The notes below the pieces were generated by a model that saw only the letters and a program-made list of their open reading frames with translations, made no database searches and was not told the DNA's origin. Below, piece after piece: positions 52,191 through 62,200 of a stretch of 64,000 nucleotides of DNA. Each line of letters begins with the position of its first letter. Within the stretch, counting starts at the first letter, position 1. The stretch spans positions 64,001 through 128,000 of the forward strand of contig CAXXFK010000030.1 of assembly GCA_963663965.2 (NCBI GenBank), in the 5' to 3' direction. Source of the stretch: Sedimentisphaerales bacterium (GTDB lineage: Bacteria > Planctomycetota > Phycisphaerae > Sedimentisphaerales > SM23-30). Position numbers and translations under genes: made by a program.

Positions 52191-52555
52191 ATGTCGAACG
52201 CGTTGAATGTGATTTATCCTTATAAACATGATGGGATGTGGGGTTTTTTGACGATGCGCGGGTGGGGTTGGATAAGGAGCCTTTTGTGGAGGGCGCCGAT
52301 ACGATGATCGATCAGGTGGTGGCGTTCAAGGGGCTGACTAATCCGGAGAAGGGGTTTCCGGCTGATTTTTCAGTGCAGGCGAGTTTCCGCGCTATGATAT
52401 CAAGTTTGACTGGATTTCGGGCCGGGGACGGCGGGAACTGGTATTGGGTCGGATGAATTACTGATGGAAGGCTGGCTGTGTCCCGGCTCTGTTCAAGTAT
52501 TTTTGATAAGGCGCCGAAAACGATTTATGCCCGGTTTGAAGATAAATCGGAGTGA
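52191..52555 (+). pseudogene. DUF6717-like protein, frameshifted
   Basis: MSNALNVIYPYK..GMW/FDD..GL.KEPFV.GAD.MID/GGNWY/MEGWLCPA/FKYF..APK.IY pieces across frames. Confidence 0.7.
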
Positions 52556-52612
52556 CTGAAGTGTTGTTAAGGTTATTTTGAATATGATGTTGTAATTTGA
52601 TAGAGGTTTATT

Positions 52613-53393
52613 ATGAATACGAAGCGATGGCGGCTGGTGGCGATGGTGGTTTTTTTTTGGTTTTGTGCGGACAGGGCGGCTGGTATGTGATATCGGCGGA
52701 TGAGCCGGCGGGGGCGCCGGTGATTTTTATGATTGGGGATTCGACGATGGCGAATAAGCCGCTGTTTCCGGCGCAGCCGGAGCGGGGCTGGGGGCAGTTG
52801 CTGCCGCTGTATTTTAAGGATGAGGTTCGGATCAGGAACCTAGCGCTGAACGGGCGCAGCTCCAAGAGTTTTCGTGATGAAGGGCGCTGGAAGCCGGTAA
52901 TGGAAGGCCTGCGGCCGGGCGATTATGTGATTATTCAGTTTGGGCATAATGATCAGAAGTCGTACGATCCGAAGCGGTATACGGAGGCTTTTAGTTCGTT
53001 TAAAGAGAGCCTGGGGCGTTATGTCAGTGAGGCGCGCGCCAAAGGGGGGATTGCCGGTGCTGGCGACGCAGGTGGTGCGCCGGAAGTTTTCGGAAGAGGG
53101 GGAGCTGGTGGATACGCATGGCGATTACGCGGTGGCGGTGCGGCAGCTGGCGGCGGAGCTGGATGTGCCGCTGCTGGATATTGAGAAGTTGAGCGGCGAA
53201 CTGGTGCGGCAGCTGGGGCCGGAGCGCTCCAAGAAGCTGTATATGTGGGTGGAGCCGGGTGAGTTCGATGCGGTTAAGAGTGAGAAGAAAGATGAAACGC
53301 ACCTGAACGCGTTTGGGGCGTGCCGGATCTGTGATCTGGCGGCGCTGGAGATTCGGGCGAAGGTTGGGGGACCTGGGACGGTGGCTGCGGTGA
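52613..53393 (+). pseudogene. rhamnogalacturonan acetylesterase (SGNH, CE12-like), frameshifted
   Basis: GDST, GWG, NGRSSKSF, QFGHND, DETHLN..GA; shifts at poly-T (about 52650) and poly-G (about 53045). Confidence 0.82.
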
Positions 53394-53445
53394 TTTTGGC
53401 GCTGGCGGGAAATAAGATAATCACTGAAGTGAAAGGGCCTTTATA

Positions 53446-55525
53446 ATGTGTGGAATGGATTTTATTAAGATATGGCGGTTGGGGTCTTTGTTTATCATGG
53501 GGTGTTTGGTCTTGGGATTGGCCGGGGGGTACGCGGTGGGTGCGGCGGATGAGGCGGCGGGGAATCTGCTGGGTAACTCTTCGTTTGATGAAATGAGGCC
53601 GATTCCGGCGGGTTGGGAGTTCAGGGACTGGAATGAGACGGGTCGAAACGCATGGTGGGGATGGGAGGATGGCGGGCGGACGGGTCCGTGTGTGATGATT
53701 CGTTCGAAAAATGACCAGGGGGTGGACGCGGCCTGGACGGCGAGGGTGACGGTGGAGCCGAACCGGTTCTATCGGCTGGCCGGCTGGATCAAGACACGGG
53801 GATGTGCGGGGGGCCAGAGGGGCGCTGCTGAATATCCAGAATATGCAGTCGGTGAGGACCGAGGCTATTACCGGGACGCGGGACTGGACTGAGGTGTCGA
53901 CAATTTTTCGAACGGGTGATTCGCCGACGGAACTGGAAATCAACTGTTTACTGGGTGGCTGGGGGGAATCGACCGGGCAGGCCTGGTTTGATGATATTTC
54001 GCTACAGCTGATAGACGACATAGACGAGTTGGCCGGGGCGGTAGTGACGGTGGATGAGGGGGCTAAGGCGTGGGCTTACAGTCCGATGATCTTTGGGGGA
54101 TTTATCGAGCACTTTCATCGGCAGATCTATGGTGGGATTTATGATCCGGGTTCGGAATGGTCCGATGGACAGGGATTTCGTCGGGATGTGATTGAGGCCT
54201 TGAAGGAATTGAAAGTATCGGTGGTGCGCTGGCCGGGCGGGTGCTTTGCCAGCGGGTATCACTGGCGGGATGGTGTGGGCCCGGTTCGGCGGCCGGTGCC
54301 TGATCCGGTGTGGGGAGTGGTGGATTCGAACGCGTTTGGTACGGATGAGTTCTGGTTGTGGTGCGCGCGGGTGGGGGCCAGGCCTTATATCTGTACCAAC
54401 GCGGGGAACGGCACACCGGAGGAGATGCGGGATTGGGTATTGTATTGTAATGGGCGGGAAGGCGCGATGGCCCGGCTGCGGCAGAAGAACGGGCACGAAC
54501 AGCCACTGAATGTCCGGTATTGGAGTATCGGTAATGAAAACTGGGGCGGGCATGAGATCGGGGCCCGGACACCGGCGGAGTGGGGACCGCTGGTGCGGCG
54601 GTGCGCGGAATTGATGCTGGAGGCGGATCCGGAGCTTGTTCTGCTGGCGGCGGCGACGCCGGATCGGAACTGGACGCTGCCTTTGTTGAAAGAGGCGGGG
54701 GCGTATCTGGATTATGTGTGTATTCACGGGTACTGGCTGGGCAACTGGGAGGTGAACGCAACGCCGGATTACCTGTCCTGTATCATGCAGTCGGAGAAAC
54801 CGGAGCAGACGATTGTCGGGGTGGCGCGGATTGTGGATGAGGCGGGGTTTGGAGACAAGATCAAGATCGCGTTTGATGAATGGAATCTGCGCGGCTGGCA
54901 TCATCCGGGTTTTCCGCGGAAGGTGGTGGGTGACAGGGATGATATTGAGGCGAATAAGCTGATTGCGGCGAGGGATAAAAACGCGATCGCGTCACAGTAT
55001 AGCATGGCGGACGCATTGTTTTCGGCGTCGTTTCTGAACGCGTGCCTTCGGCATGCCGAGGTGGTGGGTATGGCGAACATCGCCCCGATTGTAAATACGC
55101 GGGGGCCGCTGTATGTGCATTCCAAAGGGGTATTGAAGCGGACCACGTTTCATGTGCTGTCGATGTATGCTAATCTGCTGGAGAGTGAGGTAGTGGCGGC
55201 GCAGGTACGATCGGGGATGCTGACGCATGCCAGTGAGTATGTCGCAATGGTGGATGGGGTGGTGACGCGGGATGCCAGTGGCAGGCGGTGGGCGCTGGCG
55301 CTGGTGAATCGTCATCCGGAACAGGCAGTGGAGTGCCGGATTCAATTGGAAGACCGGGTATTGGATGGTGTTGTGGATGCGACGGTTCTGAGCGGGGATT
55401 CACCGGATGCTTATAATGACCTGGATCATCCGGAGCGGGTGATAGCGGAGAAGAAACAGTTGCCGGTGCGGGATAATGTGATGACGCTGGGGCCGCACTC
55501 GTTGACGATTGTGAAGGTTGAATAG
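53446..55525 (+). CDS. GH51 alpha-L-arabinofuranosidase with N-terminal CBM-like domain (one frameshift near 53810)
   Basis: FIEH...IYGG, RWPGGCF, FGTDEF, WSIGNE, AFDEWN, ANIAPIVN. Confidence 0.88.
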
Positions 55526-55631
55526 CCGGGGGTGTTGGTAAGGAGTTGGTGATTGAATAAATAGGGGACCCCGGGGGTTTTGGGGACGCCCGGGGTGTGT
55601 TAATCTTAACCGACAGGATTGAGGTTGAGGA

Positions 55632-56645
55632 TTATTTGGTTGTGAGTGGCCGGAAGACTTCTTCGGGGGGGAGTTTCATGGTGGTCCAGACGTTGGGATC
55701 GGTGGCTTTGACGCGTTGGGCGACCTGTTGGGCGAGGTCGTTGTTGCCGGCTTTGTGTTCGAGGGTGGCCAGGTAGTGCAGGGCGAAGGCTTTGATAGCG
55801 GCGGGCCGGTCGGGCTGGGTTTTGAGGAAGGTTTCGATCTGGGTACGGGCGGCGTCGTAGTCTTTGTCCTGGGCGAGTTTGAAGGCGATAGTGAGGCGGA
55901 TGGGGTTTTTACTGAAGTCGAGTTTAATGGCCTGATCGGTGTGCTGTCGGGCGTTGTCGATCTGGTTGGCTTCGACGCATTTAACGGCCATGAGCAGGTG
56001 CAGGCCGGCGTTGTCGGGATATTTTTTGAGCAGGGGCTCGATCAGACGGATGGCTTTTTCGGGGCTGGGACGGTCGACGATGGTGCGGGCCCAGACGCCG
56101 TAATAGGGGTCACGGGCTTCGAGGATTTTGAGGTGTTTTTTCGCCAGGGATTTGTTGCCGCCGTCTTTGGATGCATTGTTGTTGTACATATTGATGAGAT
56201 CGAAGCGGGCCTCGTGGTGGTCGGGCTGGAGTTCGAGGGTTTTTTCGAAGGCGGCGATGGCGGCGCGGACGTGGTCGCCGAAGCGTTCGGGCTTACCGAG
56301 TTTGTACTGGTTGATGGCGTTGTAGACGCAGGTTTCGCCCAGCCAGAATTGATAGCGTGGGTTGGCGGGTTCGGCTTGGACGACTTTTTGCGCGGCGGTC
56401 TGGGCCGGTTCGAACTCGAAGAGATAGAAGAGCAGGCGGGAGTATTCGAAGCGGGCTAGGGCATCATCGGGATGGCCGGCCAGGTGGGTTTCGAGCAGGT
56501 CGCGGGCATCCTGATTGTGGCCATCCATGCGCAGGTCGTAGGCCTGCTGAGCGATGGAAGGCTTGGGGTCTTCGGCGAAGATCGGGCCTGTTAGGAGGGT
56601 GGTTAACAGGATGGTTAAGATGATGAAGGGCTGGGTGGTTTTCAT
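55632..56645 (-). CDS. secreted TPR-repeat protein
   Basis: Signal peptide, repeated A..FEK.LEL.P/KYPDNA helices. Confidence 0.8.
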   Translation of the reverse strand: MKTTQPFIILTILLTTLLTGPIFAEDPKPSIAQQAYDLRMDGHNQDARDLLETHLAGHPDDALARFEYSRLLFYLFEFEPAQTAAQKVVQAEPANPRYQFWLGETCVYNAINQYKLGKPERFGDHVRAAIAAFEKTLELQPDHHEARFDLINMYNNNASKDGGNKSLAKKHLKILEARDPYYGVWARTIVDRPSPEKAIRLIEPLLKKYPDNAGLHLLMAVKCVEANQIDNARQHTDQAIKLDFSKNPIRLTIAFKLAQDKDYDAARTQIETFLKTQPDRPAAIKAFALHYLATLEHKAGNNDLAQQVAQRVKATDPNVWTTMKLPPEEVFRPLTTK

Positions 56646-56751
56646 GATGGGATCCTTGGGTTGGGGGTATTGGTTGACTTGTTCCATGTGATCGGGATGG
56701 GGACGGCCGGCCATAAGCTGCGCTTGAAGGTGGTGCGCGGCATGGTCCGGG

Positions 56752-56982
56752 TCAGGAGGATTGGTATCGCCGGGTCTGGTTGGGGGTGGTGGCGCGGAGT
56801 TCGTTGAGGTTGATCTGGAGGGCGTCGCGCATGGATTCGTTGGCGGTTTGATAGTGCTGGTTGAGGGTTTGCTCGATGGCGTGGCGGGAGGCGAGGTAGG
56901 CGCCGGGGAAGAGGATGATCAGGGTCAGGATGGCGGTCAGCAGGCCGAGGACGATTAAGATGGCTATGGGTTTACGTTTCAT
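56752..56982 (-). CDS. small single-TM protein
   Basis: 76 aa; upstream TTGTCT-17-TATATT promoter-like sequence. Confidence 0.5.
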   Translation of the reverse strand: MKRKPIAILIVLGLLTAILTLIILFPGAYLASRHAIEQTLNQHYQTANESMRDALQINLNELRATTPNQTRRYQSS

Positions 56983-57319
56983 GATTGTGAGCCCCTAAAC
57001 AGGATTGTTTGTATATCTATATACAATATATCACACAACAGAGATAGAGACAAGTATTCTGGCCGGGATTTTTGGGCAGCGATGGGGGGGAAGGGATGTA
57101 ACTCGTTGTATATAGTTAAGATATATACATGTGTGGCCGGCGAAAAAATTTTTGTTTTTTCCCGGGCCGGTGGCAGTAGGGTTTTATCGGACCGGTTTAT
57201 TGCATATAAACCCTACAATCGTAATAAACGCACCGGGGAACCGGGTGAAATCGAGTTTCGGCCGGGTTGCCGGGCGGTTTTTTTTATCATTCCGGGCTGT
57301 CTATTTTGTAGAATGAAGG

Positions 57320-57401
57320 TACGAAGCGTTTTTATCTCCTTTCGCGGCGCTTCCGCCGACAGTTGCCTCCAATGCCCTGTGCAGCTGCCGGCTCTTTTTT
57401 T
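57320..57401 (+). ncRNA. candidate small RNA with two hairpins and U-tail
   Basis: TAGAAT at 57309; stems GAAGCG/CGCTTC and GCCGACAGTTGC/GCAGCTGCCGGC; both loops contain CTCC; T7 tract. Confidence 0.45.
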
Positions 57402-57409
57402 ATTGGGTT

Positions 57410-57470
57410 GGGACCCGCAAACCCGAAGTTGAAACTGCGGGCTATTTACGGTTGTCCCTGCCGGGACATA
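57410..57470. repeat. REP-like element (copy at about 58060-58110 flanking the DUF2007 gene; related at 47005)
   Basis: AGTTGAAAC.GCGGG.TATTTACGGTTGTCCCTG.CGGGACATA shared. Confidence 0.8.
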
Positions 57471-57487
57471 AGGTTTGGTACCTATTT

Positions 57488-57709
57488 CTATTTTTTATTG
57501 TAGTATTCGTCGAGAATTTTCTGGGCCTGGGTGAGGTCTTGCTGGTGGACGAGGATACGGACTTCGCCGGGGGCTTCGGCGCGGAGGCCGCTGGTGAGTT
57601 CGCCGATCATTTCGGCGTAGATGTCGTGTTCCTGGAGCATATTGATGATGAGGATGGCTTCGGTTTCGCGGGGAACGCGGGTGAGTTCGACGGGGGTAGG
57701 GGTGGTCAT
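57488..57709 (-). CDS. DUF2007 (putative signal transducing) protein
   Basis: EA.LI..ML.EH.I, VRILV...D...A..IL; AGGAG RBS. Confidence 0.8.
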   Translation of the reverse strand: MTTPTPVELTRVPRETEAILIINMLQEHDIYAEMIGELTSGLRAEAPGEVRILVHQQDLTQAQKILDEYYNKK

Positions 57710-58237
57710 GCGGAGCTCCTTTCCTGCCTGGGCGGTTAAGCCGCGGACGATATCAGAAGGTATTTCACACAAAGGTAAACAGCCAAAAGCGAGACCTATG
57801 AACACGGATAATTACAGTTTGATTCCGGATCTTAGGACCTTTTATTTTGTTGGGTATCTGCTATCGTTTTGGCCGAAACGTCTGGAGTATGATAGCAGGA
57901 TTGTTGGGGGAATCCAAGGATAAAGGGCGGGGGTGGGCGGGACCTGTTGGGGTGAAGTTGGGCGGGAAGTGGCTGTTGGGTTCGTTTGGAGTTGGAGGTA
58001 AGTTGTTGGGGTGTCGGGAATAATCCTGGATAAGGATGGCCGGGGTATGTGTTGGGTTTGGACCCGCAGTTGAAACGGCGGGGTATTTACGGTTGTCCCT
58101 GACGGGACATAGAAAGGGGTATCCCGCGGGGCGGGATGCTGTTTAATGGTTGTTGGTTGCATAGTTTTGTCCTTGTTTGGGGTTGTTGATTTAATTGGGA
58201 CGTTATTAAAAATATTGGGCAGGATGCCCGAGGTACG

Positions 58238-59675
58238 TTAGTAGTGGGTGGTGGTGATTTTGGAGGCGGGGGCGAGGTGGTTGACGAAGAAGTAGCGGAA
58301 GTGCGTCGATGATGTGGTCGTGGGTACCGTCTTTGTGGGGGAGTTCGGAGAGTGAGCCGGAGTTGAGGCGGGCGTATTTGAGGCTGGTGAGGGCCTGGAT
58401 GAGGTGATGGCATTGTGGGTTGATGATGAGCTGGGGTTGGCCGGTGGCGGGCCGGAGGGCGCGGCGGATGAGTTCGACGCCTTCGATAATGCGGGTGGGC
58501 CGGTAGCGGAGCGAGTAGCCCTGGGCGGCGAGTTCGTCGATGGGGCCGGTGCCGGTGATGTCGTTGCGGTGGCGGCCGGCGGGATCGCAGCTGATGGTGA
58601 GGGGGGCGGGCCAGAGATCGCGCAGGGCGCGGAGATGCTCGCCGAGGATCATGCGGGATTGGAGGTATTCGTTGAGGACGCGGACCTGGCCGCTGACGAT
58701 CTGGATGAGCAGGGCGGCGAGCGGGTTGCTGTAGCCGAAGTCGAGGGACCAGTAGACGGGTGAGCCGGGGTCGAGCCGGATGGGGGCGAGGTGAGCGGCG
58801 GGGTCGAATTCGTCGAAGACGACATCCTGGCGGGAGGGCTCGAGGCAGAGCATTTCGGAACGCCAGGCGGCGCGGCTGCTGCGCTGTTTGATGGCGATGG
58901 CGTCGTCGATGGCGAAGTAGCCGGCGGCGTTTTGGGCGCGGGACTGGCAGTCTTCGAGGAGCGGGCAGCGGCTGCAGTTGTGGTCGGAGCAGGGCTGGAT
59001 GACTTCCCAGAGGCACCAGCGGAAGAGGCGCATGTGGGTATCGGCGGATTGCCGGACGATATCGTGCATGAGGCCGAAGGGCTGGTGCATGGTACTGAGG
59101 ATTTCGAGCCGGGCGGGGATCTGGTCGCGGGTCTGGGTGGTGAACTGGGCGGCCTGCCAGACTTCGGGGTCGAAGAGTTCGATTTCGTCGCAGCGGAGGC
59201 GCTGAACGTGTTTGCCGCGAACGCTTTTCTGGGATTGGGTGAGGATGTCGACGCGGGCGCCGTTGGTGAAGCGGCAGTGGTCGGCGCGGGCGGGTTCGGC
59301 GAGATAGGGGCTGAAGCCGGCGTCGAGGTAGTGGCGGAGGTAGTTGTACATGAGGCGGGACTGGTCGTGGGAGCCGCCGAGGATGCAGGTCTGGATGTGG
59401 GGCAGGGAGAGGCATTCGATGAGGGTGGCGACGGCGCCGAGCTGGGTTTTGCCGCCGCCGCGGTTGGCCCAGACGATCAGGTCGCGGGGATGGGCGCGGT
59501 TGAGGATGCTTTCGCAGAGGTAATCGAAGGGGGAGTCGTGGTTAGGGCAGATGGATTGGGAGGGGATTTTGAGGTTGAGGGTGGTGAGGAATTGGGTTAG
59601 TTCTGCGGGGGTTTGGGGTGGGGTGATTGGGTTGGTTTGGGACGTTGAGTTGTTGTTTTCAAATCGAGAATACAT
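58238..59675 (-). CDS. phage terminase large subunit-like protein (1-nt insertion near 58298; corrected end DHIIDALRYFFVNH...THY)
   Basis: Walker A ANRGGGKT, Walker B LRCDEIE, ILST coupling-like motif, RNase H-like SLDFGYSNP, CDPAG, DHIIDAL; AGGAGG RBS. Confidence 0.88.
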
Positions 59676-59851
59676 AGCATGACCTCCTTTTTAAAAAAGT
59701 ATCTTTTGATTTTTTGAGTTTGTATACCGACTTCGTAATTAATTATTTATTGGTACCTTAGAGTACGATTAAAAGTTATTTTTGGCCGCATGTGGGCCGG
59801 CCTCATGCGGATAATTTAAGGTATTCGCTGCGCTCATGGATGTTCATATCA

Positions 59852-59885
59852 GCATGGGCAAATTTTTCAAATTTGCCCATCCTAC
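59852..59885. repeat. REP-like palindrome GCATGGGCAAA...TTTGCCCAT (also 41212-41237, 47915-47944)
   Basis: Three copies seen directly. Confidence 0.8.
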
Positions 59886-59911
59886 ATAAAATCGCACGGG
59901 TTGTGTTTATC

Positions 59912-60448
59912 CTATGTGATCATTAATTCATTGTTATAAATGGTGTTACGATCATTTTTTTCTACATTGGGTTCGTTTGGTATTGGGGGGTGTTTGGCTT
60001 CGTTTGTGGTAGGAGTGGCGTTGGGATTGCACTGGATGATGGGGGTGATCTGGTAGCCGGCGTCAAAGAGGATGTTTATGCAATTGTCGATGACCTGTTG
60101 ATATTCCCGGTCAGTGGGCGGGGTAAGAATGTTGAGGTCGTCATTTGATTTGGAAATGGCGAGAAATTGCTGGATGAGTTGGGCGGTGGCGCGGCGGGCG
60201 GTGATGTTATTTTCTGAGCGGGACTGGACGACGAGGCGTCGGAGGGCCTGGTGGCCGGCCCGGGTGGCGGTGAGTTTGTAGTCGCGGCGTTCGTAGGCGA
60301 TCAGGCCGGCCAGTTCGCAATGGTAGGTGTGGGTGTCGATGATGTACTGGCGCTGACGGTGGGTGGTGTTGATGATGGCGAGGAACAGGTCGTTGACGGG
60401 ATGGTGGTAGTATTGGGCCCGGGCGAGAATTTGCATGGCTCGATTCAT
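59912..60448 (-). CDS. hypothetical helical protein upstream of terminase, possible small subunit
   Basis: GAGGTG RBS, own consensus promoter, ALRRLV...SE...ARRA...LI helix pair; ends across the bipartite motif (PNEPN). Confidence 0.6.
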   Translation of the reverse strand: MNRAMQILARAQYYHHPVNDLFLAIINTTHRQRQYIIDTHTYHCELAGLIAYERRDYKLTATRAGHQALRRLVVQSRSENNITARRATAQLIQQFLAISKSNDDLNILTPPTDREYQQVIDNCINILFDAGYQITPIIQCNPNATPTTNEAKHPPIPNEPNVEKNDRNTIYNNELMIT

Positions 60449-60520
60449 GGTTTCACCTCTTTTTCTTTGTCTGCGATTTAATAAATCTGCCGAGTTTGAC
60501 CAATATTGGCCGACTGTGGG

Positions 60521-60549
60521 ATTATAGGGGAAGTTTTGTAATAAGTCAA
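60521..60549 (-). promoter_or_regulatory. sigma70-type promoter of the terminase locus
   Basis: TTGACT-17 bp-TATAAT on minus strand. Confidence 0.8.
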
Positions 60550-61056
60550 TATATAATATTATTATTTTGTAAAATAACACAAAATATATATTAGTTTTTG
60601 TTTTGAAAGCAATAGGTCTTATAGGTCCGATAGGGCTTATAGGTCTTTAAGATGTTTGTTTTTAGTTGGTTATGGTTATTTTTGGGTTTTGTCAACTAAA
60701 TAATTATCACTGTGTTTAATAGATTTTGGGCGTTTAACGATGGCTAGAGGTGTGGTTGGGTGATCAGGGGAGGTCGGAATGTTGACTGGGGTATTCATCA
60801 GTTTATGAGGTATGGAAATTTAAGGGTGTTTAATCTGGGATTCATATAAAGTCGTGATACCATTAAAGCAAATTGCTGAGCTTTACTGGTTAAGTTTGGA
60901 GTTAATAAAGGTTGATATTGGAGTTGGTTGGGGGTAGAATCCGGTGAAAATTTGGTCAAATAGAGAGATTAAGATAAAAACGGCTTGTTGATTCTGGTCA
61001 TTGGCAAGCGGTAGAAGTAAACGAATCATGACTAATGAAGGTTCAGAGGATCTGAC

Positions 61057-62184
61057 ATGAATGAGTTTCGATTAGCGAGAAACGGTTTGCTAAGCCTGTT
61101 ACTGCTGGGCGGGTTTGCTTACGCGACGAGCCAGCACCCTTTGCCGGTGGATAACCGGGCGCTTTATACGATGTCGTGCGCGGCGTGTCATGGTCATCAG
61201 GGTCGGGGCGCGCCGGCGGGGATGGTGGGGTTCGATGTGCCGTTGCCGGATTTCACCGATTGCAATTTTGTGACACGCGAACCTACCGCGGACTGGATTA
61301 TCGTGGTGCAGGAGGGCGGCCCGGCGCGGGGTTTTTCCGAGATCATGCCGGCGTTTGGCGATGCCCTGACCGTCGAGCAGATCACGTCGATCCTGGCGTA
61401 TATCAAAACGTTTTCCGATTGCGACGAATGGCCGCGGGGCGAAATGAATCTGCCGCGCGCGCTTTATACCAGCAAGGCGTTTCCGGAAGATGAACTGGTT
61501 TTGAGCAGCGATATTTCCACGGACGGTCTGAATAAGTTGAGCAATAAAATGATTTATGGCAAGCGGATCGGCGCGCGCAGCCAGATTGAAGTGACCCTGC
61601 CGTTTGGCTGGCAGCAGATCGAAAAGGGTGATCCGGGCGGCGAGCGGGAATGGACCTCGGAGCTTGGCGATCTGGCGCTGGGTGTCAAGCATGTGTTATT
61701 TCATAATTTCGATACCAAATCGATTATTACGGTCGCCGGCGAGATTGTGCTGCCAACGGGGGATGAAGACGCCGGTTTTGGCGACGGCACCACCGTTTTT
61801 GAGCCCTACCTGGCATATGGCCAGCTATTTCCGGCCGATTTCTTTTTTCAGTGCCAGGGCGGATTCAAATTGCCGTTTGAGGACCAGGACTTTAATAAGG
61901 AAGCGTTTTTTAAAATGGCGGCCGGTAAAACGATTTCGGTGGGGCGGTATGGCAGAGGCCTGTCGCCCATGGTGGAAATCCTGGGCGCCCAGGACCTGGA
62001 AACGGGTGATACGCCCAGCTGGGATATTGTGCCCCAGATCCAAATTCCTTTGAATACGCGCCAGCATGTGCGGCTGGGGGTTGGGGCACGCATTCCGTTA
62101 AACGACCGGGATTTTCGCAGCCCGGTCTATGGTATTTATTTATTGTGGGACACCTTCGACGGCGGTTTTTTTGACGGTTGGTAA
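61057..62184 (+). CDS. monoheme cytochrome c fused to probable outer-membrane beta-barrel
   Basis: Signal peptide, CAACH, MPAFG; C-terminal alternating beta strands (LGDLALGVKH, LPTGD..GFG.G) ending FFDGW. Confidence 0.78.
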   Translation: MNEFRLARNGLLSLLLLGGFAYATSQHPLPVDNRALYTMSCAACHGHQGRGAPAGMVGFDVPLPDFTDCNFVTREPTADWIIVVQEGGPARGFSEIMPAFGDALTVEQITSILAYIKTFSDCDEWPRGEMNLPRALYTSKAFPEDELVLSSDISTDGLNKLSNKMIYGKRIGARSQIEVTLPFGWQQIEKGDPGGEREWTSELGDLALGVKHVLFHNFDTKSIITVAGEIVLPTGDEDAGFGDGTTVFEPYLAYGQLFPADFFFQCQGGFKLPFEDQDFNKEAFFKMAAGKTISVGRYGRGLSPMVEILGAQDLETGDTPSWDIVPQIQIPLNTRQHVRLGVGARIPLNDRDFRSPVYGIYLLWDTFDGGFFDGW

Positions 62185-62200
62185 GCTAAGGAGCAAACTT

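Noticed and set aside
57165..57285. c-di-GMP-I riboswitch suggested by GCCGGGTTGCCG and nearby hairpins
   Set aside because: The GGCAAAC/GAAA/GCAAA elements are missing and no gene lies downstream in a suitable position.
58087..59600. Long alternative-frame ORFs (442 aa Pro/Arg-rich; 269 aa antisense) and similar ones over the GH51 and TPR genes
   Set aside because: Shadow ORFs caused by strong codon bias and G/C skew; no domain motifs.
55632..61000. Intact prophage around the terminase
   Set aside because: No portal, capsid, tail, lysis or integrase genes; flanking genes are cellular.
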